Positions 25,450 through 37,205 of a stretch of DNA of 64,000 bases are shown here, in pieces. Within the stretch, counting starts at the first letter, position 1. Every line of letters starts with the position of its first letter. A program made the translations under genes and the position numbers. Under the pieces are notes generated by a model. That model saw nothing but the letters and a program-made list of their open reading frames with translations, was not told where the DNA came from and did not search any database. This DNA comes from Chiloscyllium plagiosum (lineage: Eukaryota), in NCBI RefSeq assembly GCF_004010195.1, contig NC_057720.1, forward strand, positions 28,337,772 to 28,401,771, written 5' to 3'.

Positions 25450-25774
25450 CATAGAATCCCTACAGTGCAGAAAGAGGCCATTTGACTGCACTGACCGTCC
25501 GAAGAGCATCCCACCAAAACCAAGCCCTGCCCCCCACCCTGCCCTGCATTAAATAATCTACCTTTTTTGCACATCCCTAGACACTATGGAGAAATTTAGT
25601 GTGACCAATCCACCTGACCTTCACAATTTTGGATTGTGGGAGAGAACTGGAGCACCTGTTGGAAACCCACATAGAGATGGGGAGAACAAGCAAACACCAC
25701 CCAAGGCTGGAATTGAACTTGAGTCCCTGGTGCTGTGAAGCAGCAGTGCTATCCACTGAGCCACCATGCTGCCC
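25450..25774 (-). mobile_element. HE1/V-SINE
   Basis: Head 'gggcagcatggtggctcagtggatagcactgctgc', V-domain-like core and HER1-like tail. Confidence 0.85.
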
Positions 25775-25845
25775 TAAGTAAACACAGCCAATCCCAAGTT
25801 GTCCCAGCTTGGAGGCGATTGCCTGGTGAGCATTATATGTGACTT

Positions 25846-25909
25846 TGGAAGCAGTGGATTTGAACCCACAACTCAGAGATTGGAACTTAAATCTAGTACC
25901 TTAGACTGC
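25846..25909 (-). pseudogene. Decayed tRNA-Leu (TAG/AAG-type body) copy, 5'-truncated
   Basis: Minus strand GCAGTCTAAGGTACTAGATTTAAGTTCCAATCTCTGAGTTGTGGGTTCAAATCCACTGCTTCCA aligns to vertebrate tRNA-Leu GCGGTCTAAGGCGCTGGATTTAGGCTCCAGTCTCTTCGGAGGCGTGGGTTCGAATCCCACCGCTGCCA. Confidence 0.8.
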
Positions 25910-26235
25910 AGTTCATCTAGAATAAATACACCTAATAGTTCTGTTACGGAAGGGAGTTCCAGGAATTTAACTGAGTGACAAAAAAAGTCATATAGTACTA
26001 AATCTGGATGGTATGGAGTGGTTCTTGCAAGTGGCAATGTTCCCATATATCTGCTGACCTTGTCCTTCTGGGTGATCGAGATCATGAAAAGTATTGAGGA
26101 AGGAGATTTGACAACTTGCTGTAATACTTGAATATGTACTCATGGCTGCCATTTTGCATCAATGGTGTACGAAGTGTTTGATCAAACAAATGGCCGTGTC
26201 CTGGATTGTCAAACTACCAGCACACTCTTGACTTG

Positions 26236-26445
26236 GTTAAAAACCACACAACACCAGGTTATAGCCCAACAAGTTTAATTGGAGTCACTAGCTTTCAAAG
26301 CGCTGCTTCTTCATCACAACCACCTGATGAAGAAACAGCGCTTCGAAAGCTAGTGATTCCAAATAAACTTGTTGGACTTTAACCTGGTGTTGTGTGATTT
26401 TTAACTTTATCCACCCCAGTCCAACACCAGCTCCTCCAAATCACT
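26236..26445. mobile_element. Fold-back PLE-terminal element (family B)
   Basis: 81-bp imperfect inverted arms 26236-26316 and 26325-26405; flanking direct repeat tgacttg (26229-26235, 26448-26454). Confidence 0.85.
26321..26355 (+). ncRNA. Minimal type I hammerhead ribozyme motif (family B)
   Basis: CAC CUGAUGA AGAAACAGCGCUUC GAAAGCUA GUG: stem I CAC/GUG, palindromic AGCU stem III, stem II slightly mutated. Confidence 0.75.
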
Positions 26446-26610
26446 TCTGACTTGTGTCTTGTAGATGTTGCAAAGGCTGTAGGGAGTCCGGAGATGACTT
26501 ATTCACCACAAAATTCCAAGCCTCTGATTTTATCGCCACTTTTATTTGCTGAGTCCAGTTCAATTTGTTTTCAGTGGTAACCTCCAGGATGTTGATGGTG
26601 GGATAATTCA

Positions 26611-26744
26611 GGGAGAAAGTGAGGACTGCAGATGCTGGAAATCAGAGCTGAAAATGTGTTGCTGGAAAAGCGCAGTAGGTCAGGCAGCATCCAAGGAGCA
26701 GGGGAATTGATGTTTCGGGCATGAGCCCTTCTTCAGGAATGACG
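26611..26744 (-). mobile_element. Short PLE-terminal insert (family A)
   Basis: 14-bp TSD ggtgggataattca at 26597-26610 and 26745-26758; CTGAAGA-GGGC/GCCC-GAAAC core on the minus strand. Confidence 0.88.
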
Positions 26745-27253
26745 GGTGGGATAATTCACCAATAGTAATACTATTGAAAGTTAAGGAGAGATGATTTGAT
26801 TTTCTCGTGTCAGAGATATTCATTGCCTGAGATTTGTGTGGTGCAGGAGTTGCTTGTCACTTTAATGATTAATCACTTAATTATTGCCTATATGTCTTAT
26901 TAGATCTGGCATTATCTATTCCACTTAGCACAGTGGTTGTTAGACAACATGATGAAATGTATCCTCAGTGTGAAATTTAAATTTGATCTCTACAATAACT
27001 GTGCTCTAGTTATTTATTGCTGACAATAAGACCTTAGGATGCAGGAGCAAAATTAGGCCATTCAGCCCATCAAGCCTCTTCTGCCTTTCAAATGAAATCA
27101 TCTTGGTCTGATAATCCTCAAGTCCACATTCTTACCTTTTCCCCATTAGCCTTGATTTCATTTCTGTTTAAAATGTCTATCATGTCTTTGAATATATTTA
27201 GTAATTTAACCTCGACAGTCTTCTGAATTCCACAGATTCACGACTCTCTGAGT

Positions 27254-27738
27254 TCAGAAAAGATTTACAAGGATATTGTCAAGGTTGGAGGTTTTGAGCT
27301 AGATGAAGAAGCTGAATAGCCTGGGACTATTTTTCCTGAAGCGTCGAAGGCTGAGAGGTGACCTTATAAAGGTGTATAAAATCATAACAAGCATGGATAG
27401 GGTAAATAGACAAAGTCTTTCCCTAGTGTGGGGGAGTCCAAAACTAAAGGGCGTGGGTTCAAGGTGAGAGGGAAAAGATTTAAAAGGGACCTTAGGGGCA
27501 ATGTTTTCATGCAGAGGGTCGTGCATGTATGGCATGAGCTGCCAGAGGAAGTGGTGGAGGCTGGTACATTTACAACATTTAACATCGAGACCTCTCGATG
27601 AGTGTATGAATAAGAAGGTTTAGAGGGCTATGGGCCATATGCTGGCAAATGAGACCAGATTTATTTAGGATATTTGTTTGGCATGGATGGGTAGGACTGA
27701 AGGGTCTGTTTCCATGCTGTATATCTCTACGACTCTAT
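27254..27738 (+). mobile_element. CR1/HER1 LINE 3' fragment
   Basis: 'gttcagaaaagatttacaagg...ctgagaggtgaccttataaaggtgtataaaatc...gggtctgtttccatgctgtatatctctacgactcta'. Confidence 0.9.
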
Positions 27739-28525
27739 CATCTTTGTCTTAAATGTATGAGCCCTTATTCTGATGTTACGCCCTCTGGTACCCTCCCACA
27801 AGGTGAAACAACTCTTCACATCGACCATGTCAAGTCTCCTAAGAATCTTGTGTGTTTCAATAAGGCTACCTTTCATCCTTCTAATTTCCAATAAATACAA
27901 CCCCAACCTACTCAACTTTTCCTTAGGACAGCTCATTGATACCCAGACTCAGATTAGTTGGACCTTTTCTGGACTGTCTCCAATGCTGATCTAGCTTTCC
28001 TTAGCTAACAACAAAACATTTGGCAGTGTTTCCAGCTATCGAATGACTAGTGCCTTAGCTAAACCTCCCTCTTATTATATTCTGTTCATTTCAAAATAAA
28101 GGTGAAAATTCTGTTTGCCTCTCCTTTTACCCACTGAACAACTTGTGATTCATGCAGGACTCTCAAATTCCTCGGTTCTGAAACTTTCTACAGTCTTTCT
28201 CCATTTAAATAATATTCAGCTTCTCTACTATTCCTGCCACAGTTTATACCTCGTTTTTTTCCACATCATATATTATTTGCCAAGTTTTTGCCCGTTCGCA
28301 TGTCCACATCCCTTTACAGACCCTGTATCATCCTCACTGTACTTTCTTACCTATTTTGTGTCATCTTTAAACTTGGCTATAGCATATTCGCTTTCCTCTT
28401 CCAAGTCATTCGTATATTGTAAATAATTGTGGCCCCAACACTGATCTGTTTGGCACTCCACTAGTTACAGGCATCCATCCTGAAAATGCCCCCTTTATCC
28501 CAAATTGGTATCTTCCATTAGTTAT

Positions 28526-28665
28526 GATATGGAGGTGCCGATGTTGAACTGGGGTGGACAAAGTCAGAAGTCACATGACACCCGGTTATAGTCCAATCGG
28601 TTTATTTGAAATCACCAGCTTTCAGAGAGTTGTTCCTTCATCATTGTGTCATGTGACTTCTGACT
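28526..28665 (-). mobile_element. PLE-terminal insert (family B) with a short inverted tail
   Basis: 'gacacccggttatagtccaatcggtttatttgaaatcaccagctttc...ccttcatca' followed by an inverted copy tgtcatgtgacttctgactt of aagtcagaagtcacatgaca. Confidence 0.75.
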
Positions 28666-29304
28666 TCTATTAGCTAACTAATCCTTTATCCATGATAATA
28701 TACTACCTCCATCGTGGGTTCTTGTCTTATCAAATATCTTAACGTATAGTACTTTAATGAACACCTTCTGAAAATTCAAATATATTGTATCCACTGCTTC
28801 CCTTTTTATCCATCCCACTTGTTACTTCCTCAAAAAATTCTAGTAAATTTTTCAGGCATGATTTTCCCTTCATGAAGCCATGCTGACTCTGCTTGATCAT
28901 GTAATGTATTGCTAAGTGCCTGCGATTATATTCTCAATAATAGACTGTTAATATTTTACTAATAACAGACGTTAAGCTAATTGGCCTAGAGCTACCTGCC
29001 TTTTTGTCTCAATCCCTTTTTAAATAAAGATGTTACATTGACAGTTTTCCAATCCACCGGGACATTTCCATAATCTAATAATTCTTTAAAGATTACAACA
29101 ATGCATCCACTATCTTAATAGCTACTTCCTTTAATATCGTAGGAGGCATCCCATCAGATCCAGGGTATCAGTCTCTGCAGCAGAAACCAGTCACCATGTT
29201 TTGTGAATATTAAAACAAAATTATTATATGGTATACAGTGTGGTATAAAGTTTGTATTATTGTGATATATCTATCAATTTATTTTTGAGTTTGGATTTTT
29301 GAAT

Positions 29305-29658
29305 TTTTTTTTATAATTCATTCACGTGATGAGGGCATCCTTGGCTAGACCAGCATTTAGTGCCCAGCCCTAATTGTCCAGAGGGCAGTTAAGAGATAAC
29401 CACATTGCTGTGGATCTGGAGTCACGTGTTGGCCAGATCAAGTGAGGATGGCAGTTTCCTTCCTTAAAGGACATTAGTGAACCAGATGGGCTTTTCAGAC
29501 AATCAACAATGGTCATCATTACACTCTTAATTTCAAATATTTATTGAATTCAGACTCCACCATCTGCCATGGCAGGATTCGAACTCAGGCCCCCAGAACT
29601 TTACCTAGGTCTCTGAATTAAGAGTCCAGCAATAAAACCACTAGACCATTGCCTCCCC
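29305..29658 (-). mobile_element. tRNA-headed bipartite SINE (full length)
   Basis: A box TGGTCTAGTGG (29638-29648), B box GAGTTCGAATCC (29575-29586), LINE-like tail and poly-A. Confidence 0.88.
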
Positions 29659-31817
29659 TATTTGAACTAATTTGAACTAATGACATATAGATTTTCTGCA
29701 TGTCTGAAGGGGTTTATTGGTTAACCTTTAAATATTACCGTAGATGTGATGATTTATTGTAAAACACTATGTGAAAAAGACTTCCTGGGCAGTAATGAGC
29801 TTTCTATATAGGAGATTTGCACAAGTAAACAAGGCAGACCATTGTGGATTAGGCTCCAGTTTGAAAGATCAACAGTTGATTTGTTTTTCTTTTGATTATA
29901 AGAAACACCCACAGTTTTTCAAAAAAAAGGGCTTTTCCTTTATTTTCACTAGTCATTGCCACATTGTATATTTTTTCTTTCAATTTGATGTTATCCTTAA
30001 CTTCCCTGACAAACCATGGCTGGCTTATCCTGTCCCTATAATTTGGGATATATCTTTGCTGTGAGCCATGAACTGTCTTCTTAACTACCTGCCTTTATTC
30101 CTCAACAGTCTTTGCTGCTAAACTGCTTTCCCAGTCCAGTCCAGCCAGTTCTACCCCTTCTCTTTGTAAATACCATTATTTAATCTTAGCAATGTTATTT
30201 TCAAACCATGTTCCTCCTTCTCAAACTGCTGTTGCATTGTTGAGTAAAATTGCCCATATTAAGCACATCGTCACCGAAATGCCAGCTTGACTAATTTGAA
30301 AGTACTACTTTGCATTAACAAAAAACATCTAAAAGATGCAAAACTATACCTTTAATTCTGACACAAGTTATGAACTGTCTTGACAAATGAAAAACTGATT
30401 TTAAAATCCCAGATCAAACCTGTAGATACGTGGGCTTGGAGAGCTCTGATCGTCCATCCAAGTTTAATTTCCACAATGAAATTTCTGTTAACCTTAAATG
30501 GCTGCTTCACTAGGTGCCTCTTATCCTTCTATGCATCATATTCAGTTTCTGTTTTTATCTGTTTCAACATGTCTGACGTATTCAAAATAGATATTGCAGT
30601 TTTTGGCAATTTCAGGTGATGATAAATGCTGGTATAGTATTGGACAAGTTGAGCAGCAGCAAAAATTGTGCAAAGTACAAGGCTGTAGGAAGTGTTTGGG
30701 TGACAACAAACCAAAATTGCAGCTACTGGTAAAAATTTCAACCTCTTCCTGTCAGAATAAAAAGTAAGTTTCCTACAGTTAATGAGCACAGTTTCAAAAG
30801 CATTCATGGGTAGCCATCGTGAACCTGAGCCTTGTCTGCTCCTGTTTCTTCACCCTGAACCATATCACTATGGTGCTGCTAATTCACACAGCTAGGACCT
30901 GAATTCACCAAGTATCATCTGACACAGGACACTCTGTGGGAAAGTAGACAGCACTGGCTTAGGTTACACCATATTGAATTTAATCCATACAGCAAGAGTA
31001 TTTCAAGTTCATAGAGTATCTGCCACTCAAAGCCCCAGACAACTTGTGTCTTTAGAGTATGGATTTTATTTTTACTTTCCTAGCTACTTGCTGTTGCCAT
31101 CTGTCAATGTTTTCTGTAAATTTACCATAATAAATATTCTTTCTTGTTGAAAAGTGTTTTCACCTACGGGGATAGACGATGAACGTGGGTCTGAAAGTGA
31201 TTGCTTCCTAACTGTTTAGAAACACATGGTGATTCTATAATTTAGCACTTCCATGGAAAATGGAGTATATTTTGAGAAAATGTATGTGGAAAATGTATTC
31301 TAATAGTTTTAATGGGTGAAAACTCATGGCTGAAAATTCTGTTTTTAGAGAAACACTTCTTGCAAGTAATGTTTGTTGCTATAAAATTCTTCAAGACACA
31401 TGATCACCTGAGAGTCTGAAAAAAAAGGTAATCCTTCATGATATAAATATTTGTATAATCTTCTTGAATATATTCTCACCATCTCAGTCTCGCAACAAAT
31501 GGGACCTAATGGTCTTCAGTATCAAAAATAAAATTTGCACTTGCATCATTGTTGTTTCTACATTAAATGCACTGCACTGTTTGAAAGTAAATTTTACTTT
31601 ATGTGAAATCTGAATTTCTTGACTGTTGCTTAAAACATGTTTCAACTGATTGTAAAATTTACAATGATATTTGGCACTTGCCATTTGAACTTTGCACCTT
31701 ATTTATCAAGTTCATAGGAACATAAAATTGTACAGAAATCTACTGCTTTCCCACATATCATTTTCTGTGTAAATTCGTTAAGTTTACATTGATTCTGAGC
31801 ATGTGCTTTCTGCATCT

Positions 31818-33125
31818 GTGATTTGGAGGAGCTGGTGTTCGATTAGGTTGGACAAAGTTAAAAATCATACAACACCAGGTTATAGTCCAACAGGTTTATT
31901 TGGAAGCACTAGCTTTTGGAATTGCTTCTTCATCAGGTGGTTGTGAAGCAGGACCATACCCACATAATTTATAGCAAAAGATTACAGTAATACAGCGATA
32001 CATTGACCAAAGCTGTTGATTAGATTAGATTACTTACAGTGTGGAAACAGGCCCTTCGGCCCAACAAGTCCACACCGACCCTCCGAAGAGGAACCCACCC
32101 AGACCCATTCCCCTACAGTTACCCCTTCACCTAACACTACGGGCAATTTAGCATGGCCAATTCACCTAACCTGCACACTTTTTTTTGGACTGTGGGAGGA
32201 AACCAGAGCATTCGGAGGAAACCCACGCAGGCACGTGGAGAATGTGCAAACTCCACATATTCAATTGCCTGAGGCGGGAATTGAACCCGGGTCTCTGATG
32301 CTGTGAGGCAGCAGTGCTAACCACTGAGCTACCGTGCCGCCCCTAGATTGTTAAGTCTTTCATCTTTTAGAATGGATTTGCCGGTTTTGGTTCTTTAATA
32401 TGTAAATCCCAGAACTTCTTTTAAGTCGCATTCTCAAGAGAATTTAAGGTCTTACCACAAAAGGTGGCATCTCAGCTCAGACAATGCCTGAAACGTGTGA
32501 GATTAGAGTCTGTCTGTGTCCCAATCTTGAGTCAGACTGGTTCTATTTCCAAAGTGAAATTTACAAATATTACATAGATTGACTGCCTGTATTGACTGCT
32601 TGAAGGTTCTGCACCTTTTGAGCAAAATAGAATGTATCAGCAAATATAATTCTGCAAAAGCAAATTCAACTCATAAACGTATATGTTTGTCTGTGTGCAG
32701 GAGAGAGAGAGACAGAGTGAGCATATGCGTGTGAGTGCACATGAGAATGTGTGTGTTTGCGTGTGTGCAAGCTTAGTAAAGTATTTGTATAAGTGTGATG
32801 GGGTATAAGCCTGTGAGAGGGTGTGGGCGTGGATAGGAGTGTGGGAGGTGTATATGTGCATGTGTATGAGAGAGAGCTTGTGTATTAGAGAGTCTGCATG
32901 AGTGTGTGAGAATGTAAGAGTGTGTGTGTGAGAGAGAGAGAGAGTATAGTGCAGTAGGGTCACCTGTAGTGTGACATGAACCCAAGGTCCCGGTTGGGGC
33001 CATCCTCATGGGTACCAAACTTGGCTATCACCCTCTGCTTGGCCACTTTGCGTGGTTGCCTGTCCCAAAGTCTGCCTTGGAGGTTGGTCACCTGAAGGTC
33101 TGAGGCTGAATGTCCCTGACCGCTG
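31818..33125 (-). mobile_element. Penelope-like element 3' portion (family B): GIY-YIG C-terminus, (CA/CT)n-rich UTR and a terminus with a decayed hammerhead
   Basis: 32961-33125 minus translates 'SGQGHSASDLQVTNLQGRLWDRQPRKVAKQRVIAKFGTHEDGPNRDLGFMSHYR*'; the terminus is homologous to 26325-26445. Confidence 0.8.
32018..32343 (-). mobile_element. Full-length HE1/V-SINE nested in the PLE
   Basis: Head gggcggcacggtagctcagtggttagcactgctgcctcacagc...gggttcaattcccgcctcagg, V-domain and a (taatc)n tail. Confidence 0.93.
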
Positions 33126-33309
33126 GTTTGGTTTGACGCTGTATCTGGTTCAATTCAAATTTTCACATGTACTAGAACAGTCTGTGTCCATTTGCAGCAA
33201 GACTTTGACAACATTTAGATTTGGACTGACAAATGGCAAGTATCAATGTGTCACGTGCCAGGCCATGACCACCTCCAATGAGAGAGAAAATCTAACCATC
33301 TTCCCTTAG

Positions 33310-34275
33310 GCAGATTGTCTTATGTGGAAAGTTTGAACAGTCTACACTTGTATTCATTGGTACTTAGAAGAGTAATAAGCAACTTAATTGTAACAGATAA
33401 ATCCTGAAGGAACTCAACTTTTGCAGGGAAACCTAGAGTAAGGGGTCAGTGTTTAAAAATAACTTTTCCTCACCCATTTCAGGCAGATGAGGATAACCTT
33501 TTTCTCTTGAGGTGTTTGGAATGCTCTTCCGCAAAAGTGGTGGAGGTAGAGTCTTTAAATATTTTCAAGGCACAACTGGATAGTTTCTTGGATGAAAGGC
33601 TATCAGAGGTATAACATAGAAACACATGAAACAGCAGCAGAAGTAGGCCATTCAATACCTTAAGTCTGCTTTGTCATTAAATAAGATCACGGTTGAACTG
33701 CCTCAGGTCTTGACTTTCATGTCAGCTCCTCATAGTATTCTACTTGCTGATAGGTAAGAATATGATCATGAGAATAGGCCAGAAATCAAAGTTCTAAACT
33801 GGAAGAAGCCTTATTTTAATAAGATGATGTGTTATTTTGTAAGAATGGACTGGGAGCCAATACTTGTAGGTCAATCATGTCAGAGCATTAGGACACATTC
33901 AAGAAGGAAATAGGGACATGTTGCAATAAAGGCACAGGGTTGGACCCTGGATCTCAAAGGATATACAGGATTAGATAAAGGGAAGAAGGGAGCTTTGTGG
34001 GCATATACTAAGGACTCAAAACAGCAGAAGCCCCGCAAGAATATAAAATGTGGAAGGGGAAATTTAGTAAGGAAATCAGGAGAACAAAAATAAGCTATGA
34101 AAGAATAGTGTCAGGCAAACTGAAGGAAAATCTAAAGTTATTGTACAAGTACATTAAGGACAACAGGTTAATTCTGGAAAGAGTATGGTGCATTAAGGAC
34201 AATAGTGGGAATTCCTGCGTGGAGCCAGAGGACATAGGTAGGAACCTTGTGTCAGTGTTCACTGGCGAGAGGGAT
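33310..34275 (+). mobile_element. Decayed CR1-type LINE fragments
   Basis: 'KEIRRTKISYERIVSGKLKENLKLLYKYIK' (CR1 ORF2 linker) and C-terminal remnants. Confidence 0.6.
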
Positions 34276-34277
34276 GA

Positions 34278-34660
34278 TCATAGAATTTCTACAGTGTGGA
34301 AGTGGGCTATTTGGCCCTTTGAGTCCACACCGACCCCCCAAAGAACATCCCAATCCAGCCCCTATCTTATCCTTGTAACCCTGCATTTCCTGTGGGTAAT
34401 CCACTCAACCTACAGATCCCTGGACACTATGGGCAATTTAGCATGACCAATGGTTGCATGTCTTTGGACTGTGGGACCACCCAGAGGAAACCCACGCAGT
34501 CACTCTGTGGAGTTTGCACATTCTCTCCGTGTCTGCGTGCTCCGGTTTCTCCCACAATCCAAAGATGCTAAATTGTCCATAGTGTTCGGTGCATTCGTCG
34601 GGTGGGGACTGGGTCTGGTTGGGTTGCTGTTCAGAGGGTCAGTGTGGACTTGTTGGGTGG
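34278..34660. mobile_element. Two HE1/V-SINE fragments joined in inverted orientation
   Basis: Minus-strand piece 34278-34498 abuts a plus-strand piece starting 'gtcactctgtggagtttgcacattctctccgtgtctgcgtg'. Confidence 0.75.
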
Positions 34661-35210
34661 AAGGGCGGAAGGGCTAAAGCAATTATTTGAAAAGTTTACA
34701 CCTTGATTTCCTTTCTCATCAAAAACTGTATGTCTGAAGTATTGATTTAGACCGAACGTTTTTAACATGTTAACCATATCAGCTACCCAAGTAACAGTGT
34801 TGTGAATATCTCATCCTTGCTTTTTTACTTTCATTTCCTTTTTTTCTCACTCTTTCTCTCCCACCCTTTGAAATCTAATTAGCTGTAGAATTTAAAAATA
34901 CTTTTTTGCTTTCCTGCTCATTCTAAATGTATTAAAAATGGAGCTCTGTCATTTCACTGGTATTGAAATTTAATCCTTTATGTATCACTTTCTTATGTTG
35001 AAGAACCAGAGGTTCCTCATCTCTCAAAGCCCTCAACTTAAAACTTTGTTAATCTAGGTTCTGAGAGACTATTTTCTTTTTAGTTTTAAAAAAAGCCTTC
35101 TATTAATTCTGAACAAATGATAGTGTATGCATGTTTAGGGCCACTAACCTGAGGCAAAATGCTGGAGATCACAGATTTGTTTGTGACTTCCCTTAGTATA
35201 CTCTATATAG

Positions 35211-35326
35211 TTAAAAATCACACAACACCAAGTTATAGTGCAACAGGTTTTTTTGGAAGCACTAGCTTTCGGAGCGCTGCACAACTACCTGTTGTACACC
35301 CCAGTCCAATACCACCATCTCCGAAT
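35211..35326. mobile_element. Rearranged PLE-terminal insert (family B)
   Basis: 'ttaaaaatcacacaacaccaagttatag...cactagctttcggagcgctgc' plus the opposite terminus; flanked by near-TSD actctatatag/actgtatatag. Confidence 0.7.
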
Positions 35327-36997
35327 ACTGTATATAGCTGATATACTCAAATAATATGATGTGTTCTGATTTTATCAATAAATTTGGACTCTTAGGAATT
35401 TAACTGTCAGCACCATTTATAAAAATCTGGAAGTATCATGGTGACCACTTATTTTTACTTCCCTGGTTTGTTTGATGTTAGGGGTAGACCAACTCTACTT
35501 CTGGGCACAGATGAGCATCAAATACTCCCAGATCAGCTGCAACATATACCAGATATGGAACGAACACCCTTTACTTCACTCAATTAAATACATCAACTTT
35601 AAATACAAAAGAACAGTCTTTTCTGCACATTGATCAGCTTTTTCATCTTCCGTTACAACCACCTTTGATAATTAATGCTGACAGATGCCAGATTGTAGGT
35701 CAGATTTTGGCTCCGTAACCATTAGGCACTGGGATAAGGTTGCCCATATTAGCAGCAAGCTGCTACAGATTAATAGTAAGAATTCAAGGCAGATTCCAAC
35801 TGTGCCAACAATGGTGTCTGAATTACCTGCAGTGAACAATTATTGCAGCACAATGTTAGTCTGAGAGTAATTTTCCAATGGTTGTACTTCCATTGCGTAG
35901 GACAGTCTACCATGATTGTATGTTGGAATGCATACAAAATGCATGGATATCCAACCAATAATTATCCAATTATGTGAAGCATGTAGCAACATTTGCATTC
36001 TTAACAGGTGAAATTTCCTCCATAAACACAAAGGAAGAATAGTAGTCTTTTTGCATTGAGGCTCCCAGTCTCTCACTAGCATTGACTACTGTACATTTGA
36101 AAGGCAATAACTGCACAGCTCTGGCTGATAAGGCAATAAATTGGATGTGCGTTTTGTAACATTTTATGATTTTAAATATCATGCTCCATAATTCTCTTTT
36201 TAACTTCTTTTTGCTACAATAGGTGGCAAATCACACAAAATAGGGTCAATAAAGTTTTAATTCGACATATTTTCTTTAAAAAAAGCCTGTACAAGAGATT
36301 TGCAATTGAGGTATTTAGTTTTCCTGGTTAAAGCTCATTTCACGAAAAAGGATTATTTCTCTGGAATAAGAATGTTGTTTATTTTGAAATATATAAATAT
36401 TTTAAACTGATTTTACTAGTTTAGTTTGAAAAGACAAAAACATCTGATCATTTTACTGCCTGGTGTTCAGAAGTTCTTTCAATAGCACATTCATTAAAAG
36501 TCATCCACCTCACTCCAGTCCAGAAATCATTATGAGCCAGTGATTGTGCACTCGTGGCAAAGTTGCAGAGGCAAGAAAGCCAGTCACAAATTTGTCTAAA
36601 TTACTTCATTTTTTTTTAATCCTAGTTTCCTACCATATACTGTATTCATGTACATTATTATTTTTAAATTGTTACTGAGATTTGGGCTGATTCATTCTCA
36701 GGCAGCTAAGATTCAGAATTATCAAACTTGCCAAGTTTTTTCCCTTTGCTTCAAGTCAATATTTACTTGAACTCTGCATCACTCACGAAAGATGTGGAGG
36801 TTAGAACTGAAATATAACACTTCATTGCCACTAAGTGGGATCTCAAAATACCAGTTAGGTCTGAAAAGAGATAAAAGGTTTTTGAGCTAATGGGGAGTAC
36901 TAAATCCTACCATACAACATGCAGAAGATTTCCTTTGTGTGCTGTCTGTAGCATAATTTTAAACCTGTCTTTTATAAACTGATCAGTGATTCTGTTA

Positions 36998-37205
36998 CTG
37001 AGCTGAAAAATGTGTTGCTGGAAAAGCGCAGCAGGTCAGGCAGCATCCAAGGAGCAGGAGAATCGACGTTTCGGGCATAAGCCCTTCGGCTTATGCCCGA
37101 AACATCGATTCTCCTGCTCCTTGTATGCTGCCTGACCTGCTGCGCTTTTCCAGCAACACATTTTTCAGCTCTGATCTCCAGCATCTGCAGTCCTCACTTT
37201 CTCCT
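36998..37205. mobile_element. Fold-back PLE-terminal element (family A)
   Basis: 84-bp inverted arms 37000-37083 and 37088-37171 with 2 mismatches; 13-bp TSD agtgattctgtta at 36985-36997 and 37206-37218. Confidence 0.93.

Larger units (their letters stand above)
25930..27000 (-). mobile_element. Decayed 3' part of the CR1-group LINE family (same as 43852-45110), with two PLE inserts
   Basis: Shared blocks such as 'ttcagtggtaacctccaggatgttgatggtgggataattca'. Confidence 0.6.
27020..29165 (-). mobile_element. Older CR1-type LINE (RT region to tail), interrupted by HER1 and PLE inserts
   Basis: ORF 27727-27936 'LSRLGLYLLEIRRMKGSLIETHKILRRLD'; RT motif remnants at 28350-28900. Confidence 0.75.

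Noticed and set aside
32018..32343. tRNA gene
   Set aside because: tRNA-like head of an HE1 SINE; it continues into the V-domain and LINE tail
32637..33018. His/Thr-rich minus-strand ORFs
   Set aside because: Translation of the (CA)/(CT) microsatellite-like PLE UTR
36998..37205. Long hairpins as miRNA genes or MITEs (DNA transposons)
   Set aside because: The arms are copies of PLE termini that also occur solo, the structure is asymmetric, and TSD lengths vary from 7 to 15 bp, unlike a fixed transposase TSD
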